Below, one piece after another: positions 20,059 through 30,138 of a DNA stretch of 64,000 nucleotides (position 1 is its first letter; each line of letters begins with the position of its first letter). The translations under genes were made by a program, and so were the position numbers. This stretch comes from Candidatus Cloacimonadales bacterium (GTDB taxonomy: Bacteria > Cloacimonadota > Cloacimonadia > Cloacimonadales > JAFGVF01). Location of the stretch: NCBI GenBank assembly GCA_963678315.1, contig OY782781.1:2336001-2400000 (forward strand). Reading direction: 5' to 3'. Under the pieces are notes generated by a model. That model saw nothing but the letters and a program-made list of their open reading frames with translations, did not search any database and was not told the DNA's origin.

Positions 20059-21708
20059 ATGAAGAAAATATATATATTATTTATATTAGTTGCTTTAAGC
20101 TCAATGCTATTCTCTGAGAACCTCAGATTAGACATCATGTTTTCTAACGATGTACATGGTGGCATTGATAGAGATGAAGCGACTTTTATGAACCCAGAGT
20201 TCCCTCCAAAACTTGGAGGAGGAGCATCACATGCAACACTTATCAAGCATGTGAGAAGTCTCAAGAATGAAAACAGAGATAATTTGCTTTTGGATGCTGG
20301 AGACTTTTTCCAAGGTCATCCAGTTGGTACCGTAACTAACGGCAAAGCAGTAATGAAATACTATAATATGATTGGTTATGATGCTTTAACTATTGGTAAC
20401 CATGAATACGATATTCCAGAAGATAAGTTAGTAGAAACTCTTCAATTAGCTGAATTCCCTATTCTTTCCTGTAATATTGTCAATAGACAAACTGGCCAAC
20501 TTGTAGATTATGTTGAGCCATATATTATGGTAGAAAAAATGGGTGTAAGAATTGCTATTATTGGGCTTACAACTGTTGATACAGAGTTAATGAGTTTTCC
20601 TGAAAATATCAAGAATATTGATGTCTTAGACGAAATCGAAACACTTACCAAGTATGTTAAGATAGTTCGTGAAGACGAGAATGCAGATGTTGTTTTAGTG
20701 CTTGGTCACATGGGACTCCCATACGACCCTCAAGAAGCTTATGACAGAAGATACAAGAACGATGAAGTAGTTAAGAAGACCAAATATTATGGATGGGATT
20801 CACAAGAAATTCTACATAATGTTCCAGGTGTTGACCTGTTAATTGGTGGACACATGCATAAAGGTTTTAAAGAACCTTGGATTGACCCTGTTACCCATGG
20901 TATGGCAATCCAAGGATATGCTTTTGGATCTAATCTTGGTTGGTTAACTCTTACTATTGATAAAGATTCAAAGACTGTTTCTGGTTATGAATTACCATCT
21001 CACTATAATGGACTTCTTATAAGTATGTTTGAAGATGAATTCCCATTGGATAAAGAAATTGATGAATTAATCTCAGCAGAAAAGAAGATTGCAGAAAAAG
21101 GTATGGACGATGTAATTGGTATGGCTGAAGTCAGTCTTAATAGAATCAATGTTGATGCTCAATCCTTAATGGGAAACACTGTAGCGGATGCTATGAGACT
21201 AGAAAGTGGAGCTGATTTCTCATTCATTAATCTTGGTGGTATACGTGCTGAAATACAAGCTGGACCTGTAACTTATAGAGATATCTTTTCAGTTATGCCC
21301 TTTGATAATCAATTAATCGCATTTAAATGTGATGGACTCTTCCTAAAGAAGATTATTGAAACTAGAGTTGCCGGTTCAAGACATGGACTAGTTACTTCTG
21401 GTGGAAAAGTTGTCTATTCTAAAGAAAGAGAAGATTTCGATAGAGTTACAACCTTATTGATTAATGGTGAAGAATGGCAACCAAACAAAATATATACTGT
21501 AGCAACTACAGACTTCCTTATGCAAGGTAATGCTGGTCTATCACTCTTAACAAAAGTGAAGGAAGAAAATATTATTCGCATGGAGACAAATCTCAGAGAT
21601 GCAATTGCTAATCATTTCAGAAAACGATCTCCTATTGAAACAGAAATAGATTCACGTTGGAATCGTAATGATAGTTCTACTCCTGAATCATATTTGAAGG
21701 TGGATTAA
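20059..21708 (+). CDS. Exported 5'-nucleotidase/UDP-sugar hydrolase family metallophosphoesterase (UshA-like)
   Basis: Signal peptide; NDVHG, DAGDFFQG, GNHEYD, GHMG, GGHMH; C-domain NLGGIRA and MPFDN. Confidence 0.93.
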   Translation: MKKIYILFILVALSSMLFSENLRLDIMFSNDVHGGIDRDEATFMNPEFPPKLGGGASHATLIKHVRSLKNENRDNLLLDAGDFFQGHPVGTVTNGKAVMKYYNMIGYDALTIGNHEYDIPEDKLVETLQLAEFPILSCNIVNRQTGQLVDYVEPYIMVEKMGVRIAIIGLTTVDTELMSFPENIKNIDVLDEIETLTKYVKIVREDENADVVLVLGHMGLPYDPQEAYDRRYKNDEVVKKTKYYGWDSQEILHNVPGVDLLIGGHMHKGFKEPWIDPVTHGMAIQGYAFGSNLGWLTLTIDKDSKTVSGYELPSHYNGLLISMFEDEFPLDKEIDELISAEKKIAEKGMDDVIGMAEVSLNRINVDAQSLMGNTVADAMRLESGADFSFINLGGIRAEIQAGPVTYRDIFSVMPFDNQLIAFKCDGLFLKKIIETRVAGSRHGLVTSGGKVVYSKEREDFDRVTTLLINGEEWQPNKIYTVATTDFLMQGNAGLSLLTKVKEENIIRMETNLRDAIANHFRKRSPIETEIDSRWNRNDSSTPESYLKVD

Positions 21709-21712
21709 TCTA

Positions 21713-22390
21713 GTGAATATTCTTGCAATTGATACTTCTAATAATTCAGGAAGTATTGCTCTTCAAATAAACAAAGAAATACGTTTTAGTTGTTTCTTTA
21801 ATATAAAGATTACTCATTCAGAAACTTTAATGCCTGAGATAGCTCGGGCATTGAGCTTCTGTAATCTGAAAGTTAGTGATTTAAACGCTATTGCTATTGC
21901 TATTGGGCCTGGATCATTTACAGGACTTAGAATTGGATTAGCCTCAGCTAAGGGGCTAGCTCTTGCCAATAAGATTCCTATTATAGCAATTTCTTCCCTA
22001 AAGGTTCAAGCAATGAACTTCTACAAATGTTCTAGAGATATTTTGGTAGTTCAAGATGCTAGGATGAAAGAATTATATGTTGCTAAATACGACCAATATT
22101 TGAATGAAGTAATTCCAGCAAAATGTATCAAACCAATCGAGTTTTCAGAATATGCAGATAATAAAACAATAATTTGTGGTACTGCTGTTTCTACTTACAA
22201 AGACACTTTCAATAAAATTGCTAATGCTGAAATCAATGAATTAGCAGAGAAGAATTCACCGAGAGCAGAATCAATGTTTTCAATTATTGAAATTGAACAT
22301 ATTAATCCTGCTTTTGATTTTGATGAAATATCAAAATTAGAACCTTATTATATAAGAAAGTCTCAAGCAGAAATAAATTATAGATTATAA
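21713..22390 (+). CDS. tsaB: tRNA threonylcarbamoyladenosine biosynthesis protein TsaB
   Basis: ILAIDTS, HSETLMP, GPGSFTGLRIG, DARM, EPYYIR. Confidence 0.94.
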   Translation: MNILAIDTSNNSGSIALQINKEIRFSCFFNIKITHSETLMPEIARALSFCNLKVSDLNAIAIAIGPGSFTGLRIGLASAKGLALANKIPIIAISSLKVQAMNFYKCSRDILVVQDARMKELYVAKYDQYLNEVIPAKCIKPIEFSEYADNKTIICGTAVSTYKDTFNKIANAEINELAEKNSPRAESMFSIIEIEHINPAFDFDEISKLEPYYIRKSQAEINYRL

Positions 22391-22445
22391 GCTTGACAAA
22401 TTCTTATAAACTATTTAGTCGATATTATTATATTTTGGAGTTAAT

Positions 22446-23483
22446 ATGTTTTTACAAAGACTTTTTAGTAAATTATCTAATGACATAGCTATAGATTTGG
22501 GGACTGCAAATACCCTTGTATATAAAAAAAACGCTGGTATAGTTATTAACGAACCATCAGTTGTATCACTCAGTTCTGATTCAAAGAAGATTCTTGCAAT
22601 TGGTACTGATGCGAAAGAGATGCTGGGTAAGAATCCAGCTGAAGTTAATGTTATAAAACCATTAAAAGATGGTGTTATTGCTGACTTTCAAGTTACCGAA
22701 ATTATGTTAAGAAACCTTATTCTTAGAGCACAAAAGAATAAATTCCATATAAGACCGAGAGTTATAGTATGTGTCCCTTCTGGAATCACTGAAGTGGAGA
22801 AAAGAGCTGTTAGAGATAGTGCTTTACATGCAGGCTCTCGAGACGTTTATCTTGTTTCAGAACCAATAGCAGCTGCAATAGGTGCAGATTTACAGATACA
22901 AAAACCTTTTGGTAACTTAATTATGGATATAGGTGGTGGAACAAGTGAGATTGCTGTTATTTCATTATCACACATTGTTGTGCACAATTCAATTAGAGTT
23001 GGTGGAGACTCTTTAGATCTTGATATCGTGAATCACCTTAGAAAGAAAAATAACCTGTATGTAGGTATTCAAACTGCAGAGTTAATAAAGAAACGCGTCG
23101 GTTCATGTGTTCCTTTGGAAGAAGAGCTTACAATGAATGTTTCAGGAAGAGATATCGTTAGTGGTTACCCAGTAACTATAACTATAACTTCAGAAGAGAT
23201 AAGAGAAGCAATCAGTGATACTGTTGATATAATGATTGACGCAATCAAGAAACTTTTTGAAAAAACTGCTCCTGAATTGGCATCTGATATTGCTTCCCGA
23301 GGTGTATTCCTTACTGGAGGAGGAGCTCTTCTAAGAGGATTAGATGAAAAGATTAAACAAACTGTTGATTTACCAGTTCATGTAGTTCCAGACCCGCTCA
23401 CATGTGTTGTCAAAGGTTCTGGTAGGATTTTAGATAATATTGAAGAATACAAAGAAGTTCTTATTAAAAAGATTGAAGACTAG
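22446..23483 (+). CDS. mreB: Rod shape-determining protein MreB
   Basis: IDLGTAN, EPSVV, DGVIADF, DIGGGT, LTGGGALL. Confidence 0.97.
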   Translation: MFLQRLFSKLSNDIAIDLGTANTLVYKKNAGIVINEPSVVSLSSDSKKILAIGTDAKEMLGKNPAEVNVIKPLKDGVIADFQVTEIMLRNLILRAQKNKFHIRPRVIVCVPSGITEVEKRAVRDSALHAGSRDVYLVSEPIAAAIGADLQIQKPFGNLIMDIGGGTSEIAVISLSHIVVHNSIRVGGDSLDLDIVNHLRKKNNLYVGIQTAELIKKRVGSCVPLEEELTMNVSGRDIVSGYPVTITITSEEIREAISDTVDIMIDAIKKLFEKTAPELASDIASRGVFLTGGGALLRGLDEKIKQTVDLPVHVVPDPLTCVVKGSGRILDNIEEYKEVLIKKIED

Positions 23484-23485
23484 CG

Positions 23486-24271
23486 TTGAAAAAATATCCT
23501 GTATTATATTTTGCTTTATTAGTATTATCAATAATTTCTATTTTCGGTTCAAATGATTTACAAATCTTGAAGTCTCAAATGGCTTCAAGATTCATTGTTT
23601 TACCTATGATTGAGACCTTAGACTATTTCAAAACTCTTCAACATAGAGATGCTGAAATTGATTCTTTGAAGGTTAAATTAATTAATGAAAAGCAGCACAA
23701 TGATTTTCTTAATAGTGAAATAATTAAATTAGCTTTAGAATTACGTCTTAAAGATAGTTATTTCACTCAAGTTGATTCCCTAATGAATCAATTTAATTAT
23801 ATTTCGGCAAAGGTAATATCAAACTCTTATGCGGATAACAATAAGATACTAGTTCTTGATAAAGGACTTTTAGATAATATTAAGATTAATGATGCTGTCG
23901 TAAGTACAGAAGGCATTGTTGGTAAAGTTATAGCTGTACAAAGTACTAGCAGTACAGTTTTACCTTTTGTGAATAATAATTCTATGTTCTCAGTTATGAA
24001 TAATAAAAATGTTCAAGGTATTTTGCAAACAGATTTCAATGGCCATGTTAAAATGAGTTTTATTGAAAAGAATTCAGATATAAGTCCTGGAGACACTCTT
24101 TATACATCAAATTTATCAATGATATTTAAAGACTATTATACTCCAGTTGGAAGAGTAGAATCAGTCCAACTTGCAAAAAATGAACTTTACTTAGAAGCTT
24201 CTATTGTTCCTTTTACTGAAGTAAATAACTTAACTACTGTTTTTATTATAAAGAAGAACCCTGATGAGTAG
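23486..24271 (+). CDS. mreC: Rod shape-determining protein MreC
   Basis: TM segment plus coiled coil, LDKG, GIVGKV, GDTLYTS; follows mreB. Confidence 0.9.
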   Translation: MKKYPVLYFALLVLSIISIFGSNDLQILKSQMASRFIVLPMIETLDYFKTLQHRDAEIDSLKVKLINEKQHNDFLNSEIIKLALELRLKDSYFTQVDSLMNQFNYISAKVISNSYADNNKILVLDKGLLDNIKINDAVVSTEGIVGKVIAVQSTSSTVLPFVNNNSMFSVMNNKNVQGILQTDFNGHVKMSFIEKNSDISPGDTLYTSNLSMIFKDYYTPVGRVESVQLAKNELYLEASIVPFTEVNNLTTVFIIKKNPDE

Positions 24272-24755
24272 CATAATATTAGTAATTTTAACTTTAGTTT
24301 CATCTTTCTATCAAGCCTTATTCATTAACGAATATACACTAGGAATTTACGTTCCAAACATAGTACTATCATTGTTTATATTCTCTCATCATATTTCAAA
24401 TAAGTACACACATCTGATTACTTTTTTTATCATTGGGCTTGTATTAGACAGTTTAAACCCTATTATGTTCGGGACTAATACTCTGTCATTTATGCTTTTA
24501 ATCAGCTTAAATAATACATTAAAGGCTCATTTTTCTTTAGATTTAGTTGTTAATCGTTTACTTCAGATTTTTGCTATTAATCTAATCTATTATGGATTAT
24601 ATTTTATTAATTATGCAATTAGATTCGAGATAGATTTCATCTCTTCCCTACTTTTCCAACTTCTTGGGATCTTAATCAACTTCGTAATTACTCTTATTCT
24701 CTTTTTCATATTTGACTTAATTATTCATTTAAAACTAGACTTTAATGAAAACTAG
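24264..24755 (+). CDS. mreD: Rod shape-determining protein MreD
   Basis: Hydrophobic 163-aa protein with GLVLD...FG motif, between mreC and PBP2. Confidence 0.85.
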   Translation: MSSIILVILTLVSSFYQALFINEYTLGIYVPNIVLSLFIFSHHISNKYTHLITFFIIGLVLDSLNPIMFGTNTLSFMLLISLNNTLKAHFSLDLVVNRLLQIFAINLIYYGLYFINYAIRFEIDFISSLLFQLLGILINFVITLILFFIFDLIIHLKLDFNEN

Positions 24756-26538
24756 TATTTCAACAACATTTGTATTGCGGATAGTAGTTATAACAGCATT
24801 CTGCTTGCTATTATCTTTTTTATTTATCTTACAGATTATCCATGGACAGACATATAAAGAATATGCTGAAAACAATTATGTTCGTAAGCATATTATCAAT
24901 GCTAAACGTGGAGAAATCTTTGATAGAAACGGACAGCCTATTGTTCAAAATTACCCTTCTGTCAATCTAGTAACAATTCCTCAATTCATCAATAACCTAG
25001 ACTCATTAAAGATTTTCTTAAATACTAATTTTTCCATTAGTGATACAGAAGTTGATAGTCTTTTATATGAAGCAAGATTTAGAAGGTATAAGAAGAATAT
25101 ACTAATCGATAACCTCTCTACGGAACAAATTGCAACAATTGCTGAGAATCTTAACTACTACCCTTCATTAAGCTTAGAAATTGGTAATACTAGGAAATAC
25201 CAAATAGCAAATCATTTCACTGGTTATATTGGCAGAATCAATTCCAAAGAGTATAAGAGCTTAAAAAATGAAGGCTACGATTTTAACAGCTATCTTGGCA
25301 AAACCGGCATTGAAAAGCAATATGAATCATATCTAAAAGGTTCCAACGGTATAGGCCTGACCCTAGTAGATGCTAAAGGTAGAGATTTAAAGCTGTTTAC
25401 AGATATTTCTAATAGAGAAGATTTAATATATAAGCCAGCAATTGATGGAATGAACATCAACTTAACACTTGATTTAAACTTGCAGAGTCATGTTGATTCA
25501 CTGTTTAAGGATAACCAGCAAGGTGCAGCTATTGTAATTGATTATAAGACTGGAGAAATATTAGCCTATGTGTCCAAGCCTTCAATGGATCAGAATATCT
25601 TCATGTCGAGAATCAGCCAAGATCAATGGCAGAGTATTCAAGCAGATACTTTAAAACCATTTCTTGATAGAGTAAGCAACGCTAATTATCCTCCAGGATC
25701 TGTTTTTAAGATTGTTTCTTCAGGATTTGGTTTAGATTTCGATTTAGTAAATCGCTGGACTGAGCTTAGCTATTGTGATGGAGGTATGCAAATAGGTGAT
25801 AGATATGTTAAATGCTGGAACCATTATGGTCATGGAAGGTTGAACGTCGTAGAAGCATTAAAATATTCGTGTGATGTTTATTTCTATGATTTATCAATGA
25901 AAATTAACCTTGATGATTTTCGCTACTATGTAAAAGACTGTATGCTAACCCAGAAAACAGGTATTGATTTACCCACTGAAGCAAAAGGTTTTTTCCCTTC
26001 TGAAAAATGGTACAAATCCACCTATGGAAAATACACTTCAATAAAAGGGCACATGGTTATACTTTCTATAGGGCAGGGTGAAGTTTTTGTTACTCCATTA
26101 CAAGTATGTTCTCTGTATGGAGCAGTAGCCAACAATGGAGTATGGAAGAAACCCCATCTATTCAAACAAGCTAGCCGTAATGATGAAAAACTTTTATATG
26201 AGGAAATAGAATCTAATACAAGTGTAGATTTACCTTTTAAAGATTCAACACTTCCAATAATCCAAGAAGGTTTAAGAGCAGTTGTGAACGAGAATGGTGG
26301 AACTGCTAGAATGTTAGATTTTCCAGGAAGACATATTTATGGTAAAACAGGTTCAGCTGAACATAAAAAAGGACGTTTAACTCATGGCTGGTTTGCAGGC
26401 TATGATACAGATACTGGTATTGCTGTGGTTACTTTTAGACAAGAGGCTGGTCATGGAGGAAGTGTCGCTGTTCCTATTGCTAAAGATATTTTTGAATTTT
26501 ACTACAATTACTTAGAGAGCAAAAATGATAAAAAATAA
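24745..26538 (+). CDS. mrdA: Penicillin-binding protein 2
   Basis: RGEIFDRNG, PPGSVFK, SCD and KTG motifs. Confidence 0.95.
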   Translation: MKTSISTTFVLRIVVITAFCLLLSFLFILQIIHGQTYKEYAENNYVRKHIINAKRGEIFDRNGQPIVQNYPSVNLVTIPQFINNLDSLKIFLNTNFSISDTEVDSLLYEARFRRYKKNILIDNLSTEQIATIAENLNYYPSLSLEIGNTRKYQIANHFTGYIGRINSKEYKSLKNEGYDFNSYLGKTGIEKQYESYLKGSNGIGLTLVDAKGRDLKLFTDISNREDLIYKPAIDGMNINLTLDLNLQSHVDSLFKDNQQGAAIVIDYKTGEILAYVSKPSMDQNIFMSRISQDQWQSIQADTLKPFLDRVSNANYPPGSVFKIVSSGFGLDFDLVNRWTELSYCDGGMQIGDRYVKCWNHYGHGRLNVVEALKYSCDVYFYDLSMKINLDDFRYYVKDCMLTQKTGIDLPTEAKGFFPSEKWYKSTYGKYTSIKGHMVILSIGQGEVFVTPLQVCSLYGAVANNGVWKKPHLFKQASRNDEKLLYEEIESNTSVDLPFKDSTLPIIQEGLRAVVNENGGTARMLDFPGRHIYGKTGSAEHKKGRLTHGWFAGYDTDTGIAVVTFRQEAGHGGSVAVPIAKDIFEFYYNYLESKNDKK

Positions 26539-27736
26539 AAAATTTGATTTACAACTCTTTTTAGCCTGGTTTTTCTTAGTTAGTTTCGGAGTGATATCAA
26601 TATATTCTGCTTCAGTAACAACTTTAGCCGACTATGTAGAAATTAATAATTTTTGGCTTAAGCAATTAGTTTTCTTTATAATAGTTATTCCAGTAATGTA
26701 TTTGGTTCTAAAAATTCCATACTACATAATTGACCATTTAATCATTCCTGGTTATTTATTTTCTATTCTATTACTATTAATTGTTCTATTTACTCCTGAG
26801 ATTAATGGATCACATCGATGGATTAATCTAGGTGGTTTTAATCTTCAACCTTCAGAGTTTGCCAAATTATTGACTATTCTGACGATTGCCAAAACTATCT
26901 CACGACCTCAGTTGTCTGAAATTAAAATTATCACTTACGGTTTACTGGTTAATATTGTACCAGTTGCCTTAATCATGTTAGAACCAGATTTTGGAACTAC
27001 TTTAGTTTTTTGGGTGAGTTTGATTAGTATGTACTTAGCTGCTGGAATTCCTTTTACTTATCTCTTTTTGATGATCTCCCCTATTATAGCTCTAAGTTTA
27101 GTTATTTTATCTCCGATAGCCTCATTAGCATTTATTTGTTTATTTGCTTTTATTCTATACAAGTGGAAATTCAATTGGCTAATTCAATGTTTATCTTTTA
27201 TAAGTAATGTTTTTGCATCTATATTATTCTGGCAAATACTTAAGCCCTATCAGATTTCTAGAATTTTAACCTTTATCGACCCAACAAGAGACCCATTAGG
27301 AGCTGGTTACCAAGTAATCCAAGCTAATATCGCTATCGGGTCAGGAGGTTTGTATGGTAAAGGCTTCTTAAATGGGACTCAAAAGAACTTAGACTTCCTT
27401 CCTGAACATCATACAGACTTCATATTTTCTGTGATTGGTGAAGAAATGGGGTTCATTTTTTCAGCCTTCTTACTCCTACTTTTTTTCTTTTTATTATGGA
27501 GAATAATAAAATCTATTGACAAAATACTTGTTCCTGAGCGTAAAATAGCATCAGTTGGTATTTTTACATATATCTTATTTCAAGTCTTCGTTAATATTGG
27601 TATGAATATCGGTATTGTACCAACTACAGGTGTACCTTTACCTTTTATTAGCTATGGTGGTTCTAATCTAATGATTAATTCATTATCTATTGCTTTTATT
27701 CAAAAATATTTAGTTGAAAAAGGATTTTTAAAATGA
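26525..27736 (+). CDS. rodA: Rod shape-determining protein RodA
   Basis: QPSEFAK, EPDFGT, PEHHTDFIF, GVPLPFISYGGS. Confidence 0.95.
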   Translation: MIKNKKFDLQLFLAWFFLVSFGVISIYSASVTTLADYVEINNFWLKQLVFFIIVIPVMYLVLKIPYYIIDHLIIPGYLFSILLLLIVLFTPEINGSHRWINLGGFNLQPSEFAKLLTILTIAKTISRPQLSEIKIITYGLLVNIVPVALIMLEPDFGTTLVFWVSLISMYLAAGIPFTYLFLMISPIIALSLVILSPIASLAFICLFAFILYKWKFNWLIQCLSFISNVFASILFWQILKPYQISRILTFIDPTRDPLGAGYQVIQANIAIGSGGLYGKGFLNGTQKNLDFLPEHHTDFIFSVIGEEMGFIFSAFLLLLFFFLLWRIIKSIDKILVPERKIASVGIFTYILFQVFVNIGMNIGIVPTTGVPLPFISYGGSNLMINSLSIAFIQKYLVEKGFLK

Positions 27737-28317
27737 GAATTAAGTTTTATCTTTTATTTGTATTGCTTCTATTACTTCTAGCTTGTGCTAACCAATCTAA
27801 ACTTCAGATTATTGATGCTATTGAAGATCAGAAACCAAATCTAATCTTCAATGGAAGCTTTGAAACTGAGACTGAAATAGTTGATAGTAGTTATCCCGGT
27901 TGGATTTTTGACTATGATAAAGTTGACCAAATAACTACAGATTCAGATAGAGCTAAAGATGGTAACTATTCTCTTAAATTCCTTTACCCAAAAAACGATG
28001 TTCTTATGGTTTCTGATTCTTTTGAAGTGTATCACAGGAATGGTTATGGAATTAAACTATCAGGTTTGTCACTTAATGAAGATATACCTATAGAAGTTAA
28101 GTTTATTACCTTTAATGATTCTGGTGAAATTGTATCTAAGTATGTTTCAAATGCTACTGTTTCTAAAGGCAAGTGGTCTACTTTCTATTTCAAAGCTCAG
28201 TATCTTAAAACTAGTTCTAAATATGCTAGAATCTTTATTAATATCCCTAAGAACAATTCTGTATTGTTTTTAGATGATGTTGCTTGCTATAATATTTTCA
28301 AATTCTTAAAAAAATAA
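27733..28317 (+). CDS. Lipoprotein with a galactose-binding/CBM4-9-like domain
   Basis: Lipobox LLAC; NLIFNGSFE, GW, DGNYSL and LFLDDV pattern of CBM-like jelly rolls. Confidence 0.7.
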   Translation: MRIKFYLLFVLLLLLLACANQSKLQIIDAIEDQKPNLIFNGSFETETEIVDSSYPGWIFDYDKVDQITTDSDRAKDGNYSLKFLYPKNDVLMVSDSFEVYHRNGYGIKLSGLSLNEDIPIEVKFITFNDSGEIVSKYVSNATVSKGKWSTFYFKAQYLKTSSKYARIFINIPKNNSVLFLDDVACYNIFKFLKK

Positions 28318-28332
28318 TGTAACATACACTTT

Positions 28333-28374
28333 AAAACTCCGTTGTATTTAAAAAAAGTATAACGGAGTTTTTTT
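28333..28374 (+). promoter_or_regulatory. Stem-loop covering the degP Shine-Dalgarno, terminator-like
   Basis: AAAACTCCGTT / AACGGAGTTTT perfect 11-bp stem; GGAG lies in the 3' arm; T7 runs directly into ATG 28375. Confidence 0.6.
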
Positions 28375-29823
28375 ATGTCTAGATTAACAAAAAGAAATTT
28401 ACTTAGCTTAGTTTTAGTTGTTTTTAGTGTGTCTTACCTTTTAGCTTCTGCTAGAAGTCCATTTGTCGAGGTAGTCAAACAAAATCGTAATGCTGTTGTA
28501 CAAATAAAAGTTGAAGCAACCATCAAAACTAACAATAACATGTCTCCTTTTGGTAATGACGACTTTTTTAAGTTCTATTTCCCCCAACTTCCAGAAAGTA
28601 GACCTTATGTTTCTTTAGGTAGTGGCTTTATATTTAATTACAACAAGTCTGATAATACAGCCTACATAATGACAAATAACCACGTTGTTGATAAAGGTAA
28701 AGATGGTAAAATAACAGTAACTTTAGCAGATAAAAAAAGCGTTGAAGCTGAGATAGTTGGATTAGACCCTGATACTGATTTAGCTGTTATAAAGATAGAA
28801 GTTCCTGAAAATGAGAAAATAAATACTCTAGAATTTGGTAATTCAGACCAATTAGAGATTGGAGAATGGGCAATTGCTATAGGTAACCCATTTGGTGATA
28901 GTGGTCTTGAAAGAACTGTAACCGTTGGGGTTGTTTCCGCCTTAGGCAGAGCAGGATTTAAATTCGGAAACCAATCTCCAGTATTCCAAGATTTTATTCA
29001 AACTGATGCAGCAATTAATCCAGGTAATAGTGGTGGCCCTCTTTTAGATATAGATGGAAAAGTTATAGGAATCAATGCTGCAATCACTTCAACTAGCGGT
29101 GGAAATGTTGGTATTGGCTTTGCTATTCCTCAGTCTATTGCTGAGAAAGTTGCCAGTGATTTGATGGAATATGGTTATGTTAAGAGAGCATATTTAGGAA
29201 TTATTCCCCAAGAGATTACTGAAGATCTGAGAATTAACCTTGATTTAGTTGACCTTAAAGGTGTCTTAATTGCTAAAGTAGAAGATGATTCTCCAGCTGC
29301 TAAAGCTAAACTAGAGGAAGGTGATGTTATTATTGAGTTAAATGGTGCTAAAGTTCAGAATGTACATAAGTTTAGATCTAAAATAGCTCATACTGATATA
29401 AATTCTCCTATCGATATTACAATAATTCGTAATCATAAAAGAAAACATATAGAAACAAAACTTGATGAGCATCCTAGTTACATCAAGGATAATAATGACA
29501 GTTCAGACAAGCCATCTTTTGAATTAGGCATCGAGGTTGAATCATTAGATAGTGAATTTGCAAGCAAATTCAGAAATTCAATAGATACTGGTGTTATAGT
29601 TAAATCTTTAAGTCCTGGTTCTTATGGACAAGCCTCTTCCCTACAAGTCGGAGATGTAATTCTTGAAGTTAATGGTACAGATATTGAAACTGTAGATGAT
29701 TTTAATCAACAAATAGACAAACTTCTAGCTTCAGATGATGCTGTCATCAAGGTTCTGCTTCGTGTAGCTCTTAAGAATAACAATCGATTTGTTCGATATA
29801 TTGCCTTAAACTTATCAAAATAA
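28375..29823 (+). CDS. degP: DegP/HtrA (Do family) serine protease with two PDZ domains
   Basis: TNNHVV, DLAV and GNSGG catalytic motifs; two PDZ domains; signal peptide. Confidence 0.93.
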   Translation: MSRLTKRNLLSLVLVVFSVSYLLASARSPFVEVVKQNRNAVVQIKVEATIKTNNNMSPFGNDDFFKFYFPQLPESRPYVSLGSGFIFNYNKSDNTAYIMTNNHVVDKGKDGKITVTLADKKSVEAEIVGLDPDTDLAVIKIEVPENEKINTLEFGNSDQLEIGEWAIAIGNPFGDSGLERTVTVGVVSALGRAGFKFGNQSPVFQDFIQTDAAINPGNSGGPLLDIDGKVIGINAAITSTSGGNVGIGFAIPQSIAEKVASDLMEYGYVKRAYLGIIPQEITEDLRINLDLVDLKGVLIAKVEDDSPAAKAKLEEGDVIIELNGAKVQNVHKFRSKIAHTDINSPIDITIIRNHKRKHIETKLDEHPSYIKDNNDSSDKPSFELGIEVESLDSEFASKFRNSIDTGVIVKSLSPGSYGQASSLQVGDVILEVNGTDIETVDDFNQQIDKLLASDDAVIKVLLRVALKNNNRFVRYIALNLSK

Positions 29824-29889
29824 ATTAATTTATGTATTAGGCATTAACCCCATATAAAGCACAAGGTTAAAGCCTACAAGCAAACTAGT

Positions 29890-29927
29890 AAGAGAGAATA
29901 TCAGTAATGTTATTCTCTCTTTTTTTT
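29890..29927 (+). terminator. Intrinsic terminator after degP
   Basis: AAGAGAGAATA / TATTCTCTCTT stem followed by T run. Confidence 0.75.
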
Positions 29928-29958
29928 GATTCTATAATTTTTGGGACATATAAGGTCA

Positions 29959-30010
29959 CCCTTACTTGCCTCTTTGAAAAATCGGCCTTTTTTCAATGAG
30001 ACCCTTAAGG
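29959..30010. repeat. Palindromic REP-like element, copy 2
   Basis: CCCTTACTTGCCTCTTTGAAAAATCGGCCTTTTTTCAATGAGACCCTTAAGG. Confidence 0.85.
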
Positions 30011-30039
30011 CAGGAGTTAGACAGTGTTAAGCTTTAATC

Positions 30040-30068
30040 TTGATTATAATTAATATTTAACCTAAAAT
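30040..30068 (+). promoter_or_regulatory. Putative sigma70 promoter for the left purine-catabolism operon
   Basis: TTGATT-17 bp-TAAAAT. Confidence 0.4.
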
Positions 30069-30138
30069 AAGTTGACTATAATTTACTTTTAAGTTAATAA
30101 TGTAATTTATCGATAATCACTAAGATTGGAAGGTTATA

